Origin: a bacterium
GTDB taxonomy: Bacteria > UBA8248
Assembly: GCA_965207065.1 (NCBI GenBank)
Contig: OZ242260.1
Coordinates: forward strand, 1,280,001-1,344,000
DNA length: 64,000 nt
Direction: 5' to 3'
The stretch's first letter is position 1. Each line of letters opens with the position of its first letter. Below, piece by piece: positions 60,330-64,000 of the stretch. Under the pieces are notes generated by a model that was not told where the DNA came from, searched no databases, and worked only from the letters and a program-made list of their open reading frames with translations. Made by a program: the position numbers and the translations under genes.

Positions 60330-60473
60330 ATGCCGAAAGAAGCGCATTGGACGATACCCGATCCTGTTTCGACATGCGAAGTCCGACTCGACGAACATGC
60401 TGCAACCACGGTGCGGCGACACGGCAATCCGGCCGGTTCCCGGCTCGTCCTGACCCACGGCAACGGTTTCTCT
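60330..60473 (+). pseudogene. Truncated SupD-like hydrolase (N-terminal ~48 aa)
   Basis: WTIPDP.S..EV..D......RRHGNPAG.RLVLTHGNG matches the 57052 protein, then homology stops. Confidence 0.75.
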
Positions 60474-60482
60474 GACATCAAG

Positions 60483-60612
60483 TTCAACAGTCTGCGGGAC
60501 ATCCCCCGTCGAGGGCAGGCCAGGAGCCAAGGGGTTGGTTTTATGGGGTTTCCCTCTCAAGGGGGTTGCCTTGACCCACTCAATAGCTATTTCAACAGCC
60601 CCGACAAGGGGG
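60483..60612. repeat. Fragments of the CTGTTGAA-ended MITE family
   Basis: TTCAACAGTCT at 60483; TTATGGGGTTTCCCTCTCAAGGGGGTTG...TTCAACAGCCCC closely matches 14621-14681. Confidence 0.7.
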
Positions 60613-60679
60613 ATTGGGGTCGAACGCGACCGGGGAGGGAGCGTTCGCTCCCTCGACAAAGGCCTGTTCAACAACCTCG

Positions 60680-61855
60680 TCAGGAGCTGTCTGCGGTCGT
60701 GGCGTCCCGCGCGGCCAACCTCTTGTCGACTATCTCCTGAAACACCATCAAGAGCCCTTCCTCGAGACCCAGCATGTGGGTTTCGTTGACTCCGTTCATC
60801 AGGTTGGCCTGAACCCGTTCCGCCATCGTGTAATCTTCGTCGTCTAAAAAGACCTCCGTGTAGAGGAGGCGGTTGCGCAACGCTTTCTCCCCCGACTCCC
60901 CGACGTATTTATCGGGAAGATAGAGCAGTTCCTGCGACCAGAGCGTTCTATCCGGAGCCAGCGGCAGGAACCTGGTGATTAAAATATTGTCATCGTGCAC
61001 CATGATGATCGTGTTGGGGAACAGAACATAAAAAAGCACTGCGAAGTCGAGCAGCTTTTTCTGTTTCTCCGGGACGTTTTCCGCATCCAGCAAGTTTGTT
61101 TTTCCGCCCATAACGCGCAGATGAGGCCCCTCCGCGTCGAAAGAAAGAAAACCTTCGCGGAAATACGGAGCCAAGGTTCCTTTGTGCAGATGCGCAACGT
61201 GGTAGCCTTCCAGGTTCATATGAACAAGAAGCTTCCAGTTGGCCTTTTTCTCCGTCACGACCCTTTCGTAGCTGACGAAACGCTCAATATGGAACTCCGC
61301 GAAATCTTCCGCGTAAGCGCCCAGATACTGAGCCGGATCGAACGGTTCATGCCGAGTCGGGTGAACCCATACGAATCCCGCGCTCTCCGCCACCGAACAC
61401 TCTTTCAGGCCGTAGTCCCGTTTGTCGAGGCAAGGAAAGGCGAATGACCTCGGAATTCCGCGCAGCGCGCCGTCCAGGCCATATGTCCACCCGTGAAACG
61501 GGCAAACCAACGCCCGTAACGGTTCGTCGTTCTCCCTGACAATAAGCGGCGCCCCCCGATGGCGGCAGGTGTTAAGAAATGCCCGAAGCACGCCGTCTTC
61601 GCCCCGGACGACGAAATACGGCTGGCGCGTCCAGTCGCTGAGCATGTAAGAACCAGGCTCACGAACGCTGTCCACGTGCCCGGCCATTAACGGGCTGTCG
61701 AAAAACAGCGTCTCGAGCTCGCGTTCGAAGATCTCCTGGCTGGTATAGACGTCCAGGGGCAGACGCAAGACCTTGTCGCTAATGAACTGGTCTTCGCGTC
61801 GCTTGCGTAGTTCAACCATTCTGTCGAGCAACGCCATCTGACGCTCGCGTTTCAT
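60680..61855 (-). CDS. Rieske non-heme iron oxygenase, alpha subunit
   Basis: CRHRG...CPFHGW Rieske ligands; NWK...EGYHVAHLH and ED mononuclear Fe ligands; start 61855. Confidence 0.92.
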   Translation of the reverse strand: MKRERQMALLDRMVELRKRREDQFISDKVLRLPLDVYTSQEIFERELETLFFDSPLMAGHVDSVREPGSYMLSDWTRQPYFVVRGEDGVLRAFLNTCRHRGAPLIVRENDEPLRALVCPFHGWTYGLDGALRGIPRSFAFPCLDKRDYGLKECSVAESAGFVWVHPTRHEPFDPAQYLGAYAEDFAEFHIERFVSYERVVTEKKANWKLLVHMNLEGYHVAHLHKGTLAPYFREGFLSFDAEGPHLRVMGGKTNLLDAENVPEKQKKLLDFAVLFYVLFPNTIIMVHDDNILITRFLPLAPDRTLWSQELLYLPDKYVGESGEKALRNRLLYTEVFLDDEDYTMAERVQANLMNGVNETHMLGLEEGLLMVFQEIVDKRLAARDATTADSS

Positions 61856-62318
61856 CGTTCCACGCGCTCCTTTGGTTGAGGTCGAAAGTCTCGTTCGTGC
61901 ACTCCAGCCCGTTTTGTTCACGGCGCGTGTCGTATCCTGGAGGCCGTTCAGCCGCAGATCATCGCAATGGCATGGTAATTTTATACCAAATATTCTTATA
62001 TTACCAGTAATAAATGCGCTACGCGACTATGATTCACAATAGTTTTCTCCCGTTCGCTCTGCAACCCGTCAAACGAAAGACGGCGAACTCCGATCCCGGG
62101 GGTGGCCCGATCTTTCCGCGCAGCGACCGGATTCTGGTTCGCGGGGTGTAGGCTCGGAATGGGCGTGGCAGCGGATCGAAGAGAGGCAAGGTGTCCGGGG
62201 TGCGCGATTCGATGGATGGTGAGCACGGCGCCGGGAGGGCTGTCGAGGAAGTTTGGGGCGAAGCGTCCACACGAGCGTTGCCCTTCAATCGCGCCGGAGC
62301 AGTTGCTTCAAGCGGTCT

Positions 62319-63296
62319 TCAACCGGCCCGGGGAGAGCGTTCGCGCCGGATCGTACGACGGTCGCGGTCGTCGAAAAAGGCGCATTCCGCGAGAAGGTCG
62401 CCGTCGCGCGCGCCGGCTTCCGCGATCTCGATATGCTGCCGGGTGAACGGTTTATACGGGAAGAACCCCTTCCCGTACTTTTCCACGGGGTATTCGAGGT
62501 TTTTCGCCCGCTTGAGGTCGTAGTGCGAGCCCGCATCAATGAAGCGCATCACGTAGGCCGCGCGCCTGGGAAGCGCTCCCTCACCGAGCATGATGCTCCG
62601 GTGGACGACCATTTTGTTGAACAGGAGCACGTCGCCGGGCTGGAAATCGTCTTCGACCTGGTGACTCTCGAATATCTCGCACATGGTCGGTGAATTGAGG
62701 ATGCCGATACGCAGGGCGAAGTAATCATTTATGCTCGTCCTGACTCCGGCTTGCTCCTTGGCCTTCAGCGTCGAGACAATCGCCGGCTCCAGCTGGTTGT
62801 AGACGAAATCGGACGATACGACGTTCTGGGGGACATAAGCCATCCCGCCCCTTTGGCCCTTCGTATCCACGGGATGCAGCGGCGCCCACAGCGTGGACGC
62901 GAATTCCTCAGCGAACTGATAGCCGAAACTCTCCACGCCGACATGCCAGGGAAGCCCCTTGTTGACGTTCTTTTCGATCTCGAAGCACAGTTCGGTGATC
63001 AGGAAGAGGTCGCGTTCGGCCAGATCTGTCAGAGCCCGCCGGAAGTAAGGGCGCGCCATCAGTTCATAGACTTCCGATTTATCCGTCTCGAAGTCATACT
63101 TCGCTCGGGTGAAGAGTTTCTCGACCTTGAAATTTTCGGGGGCGCCCCGGTTCATTTCGACTTCGATACGCTCAAGCAGCGCCTCGACCACGTCGGCGTT
63201 CAGGAACCCTTCCAGTTTGACGAAGCCGTCGCGCTGAAACTTCTCCTTCTGCTCGGGGGTGATGTGGAACTCGGTGTCAAATGGATGACTGGTCAT
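62319..63296 (-). CDS. PhyH-like Fe(II)/2-oxoglutarate enzyme with HxG motif (candidate halogenase)
   Basis: F.RDGFVKL start, WHVG, WAPL, GGM, GDVLLF...VHRS, R.AY..RF. Confidence 0.8.
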   Translation of the reverse strand: MTSHPFDTEFHITPEQKEKFQRDGFVKLEGFLNADVVEALLERIEVEMNRGAPENFKVEKLFTRAKYDFETDKSEVYELMARPYFRRALTDLAERDLFLITELCFEIEKNVNKGLPWHVGVESFGYQFAEEFASTLWAPLHPVDTKGQRGGMAYVPQNVVSSDFVYNQLEPAIVSTLKAKEQAGVRTSINDYFALRIGILNSPTMCEIFESHQVEDDFQPGDVLLFNKMVVHRSIMLGEGALPRRAAYVMRFIDAGSHYDLKRAKNLEYPVEKYGKGFFPYKPFTRQHIEIAEAGARDGDLLAECAFFDDRDRRTIRRERSPRAG

Positions 63297-64000
63297 GTTT
63301 GAGTCCTCTTTCGTGATATGCATTTTGAGTAAATCCGGTCGAGCAGAATCAAATTAGCACAACAAGGCGGCGAGGGGATAGTTCTTTGTGAGCCGGGGCG
63401 GGAAGGGTCTTTCCGCTGCGATTCGCCGGATGACCGAGCGGCACGGGAGCATCCGTTGCGAGCGATTCGAGGCGTGGTGAGCGCGGCGAGAAAGCAAGAG
63501 CGCCGTGCGGCGTCCCCCCGTCGAACCTCGCGGCCTCGCGTCGTGCGGAGGCCGCGCTGGTTCCAGGGACGCCGTTCATGGGTAAGGTGGCTTCGGGGGG
63601 GATTCGGACGCGGGACGCCGAATCAGGGATGAATGATTCCGTCGAAGCAGGCAGTCCCTCTTGCCGCCACGATATCCAGATTGTCGGCGGATGACCGGAA
63701 TTCCGCTGGTCATTCCATGCGGATATCACTGGCCACATATTGAATTTGACCGACCTCTTTTCATGGGCCGCACCGAAACACCGAGCACATGGCATCGCGA
63801 TGTAGCGCTATACATGCTCGGGAAATTCTTGCAATATAGAACCATGGCATGCAGTCCACCGGGACGACGACCGACGTAAACGGTCGAGTAGACCGGAAAG
63901 CTGCATGGTAATTGCGCGACGAGAAAAATGCCGTGACAAGGGTAATGAACCGGTTCGATGATGGGTGGTACGGTGCCCGCGCCGCGTTCACGCTGAACCG

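Overview
GC-rich bacterial window, very probably from a marine sponge symbiont. This is inferred from a complete 'sup'-type polyketide synthase locus and TbpB-barrel surface lipoproteins. 1-39 kb is dense heterotrophic catabolism: a BVMO fragment, ABC and TAXI-TRAP transporters, two ThDP enzymes, two DapA-family aldolases, three atypical acyl-CoA dehydrogenases, a LigAB dioxygenase and several dehydrogenases. Two AT-rich inserts interrupt it (a tandem GIY-YIG-like protein; KAP NTPase + HIRAN protein), and it carries many REP/MITE-like repeats. At 39.0-39.4 kb a tRNA-Ser(GGA) is divergent from an unannotated ~170-nt unit: promoter, 16-nt perfect complement of the 16S 3' tail, 12-codon ORF, structured 3' region and terminator. 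Downstream of the tRNA lies decayed island debris (autotransporter, relaxase and nuclease fragments), a LuxR regulator and a lipoprotein. Next come the 10.4-kb supA PKS (KS-AT-DH-MT-ER-KR-ACP-KS-AT*), ACP, PPTase, hydrolase and permease, then a second ACP and a truncated hydrolase. Convergent on these are a Rieske oxygenase and an Fe(II)/2OG enzyme with an HxG (halogenase-type) motif. All calls come from motif reading only; no database searches were run.
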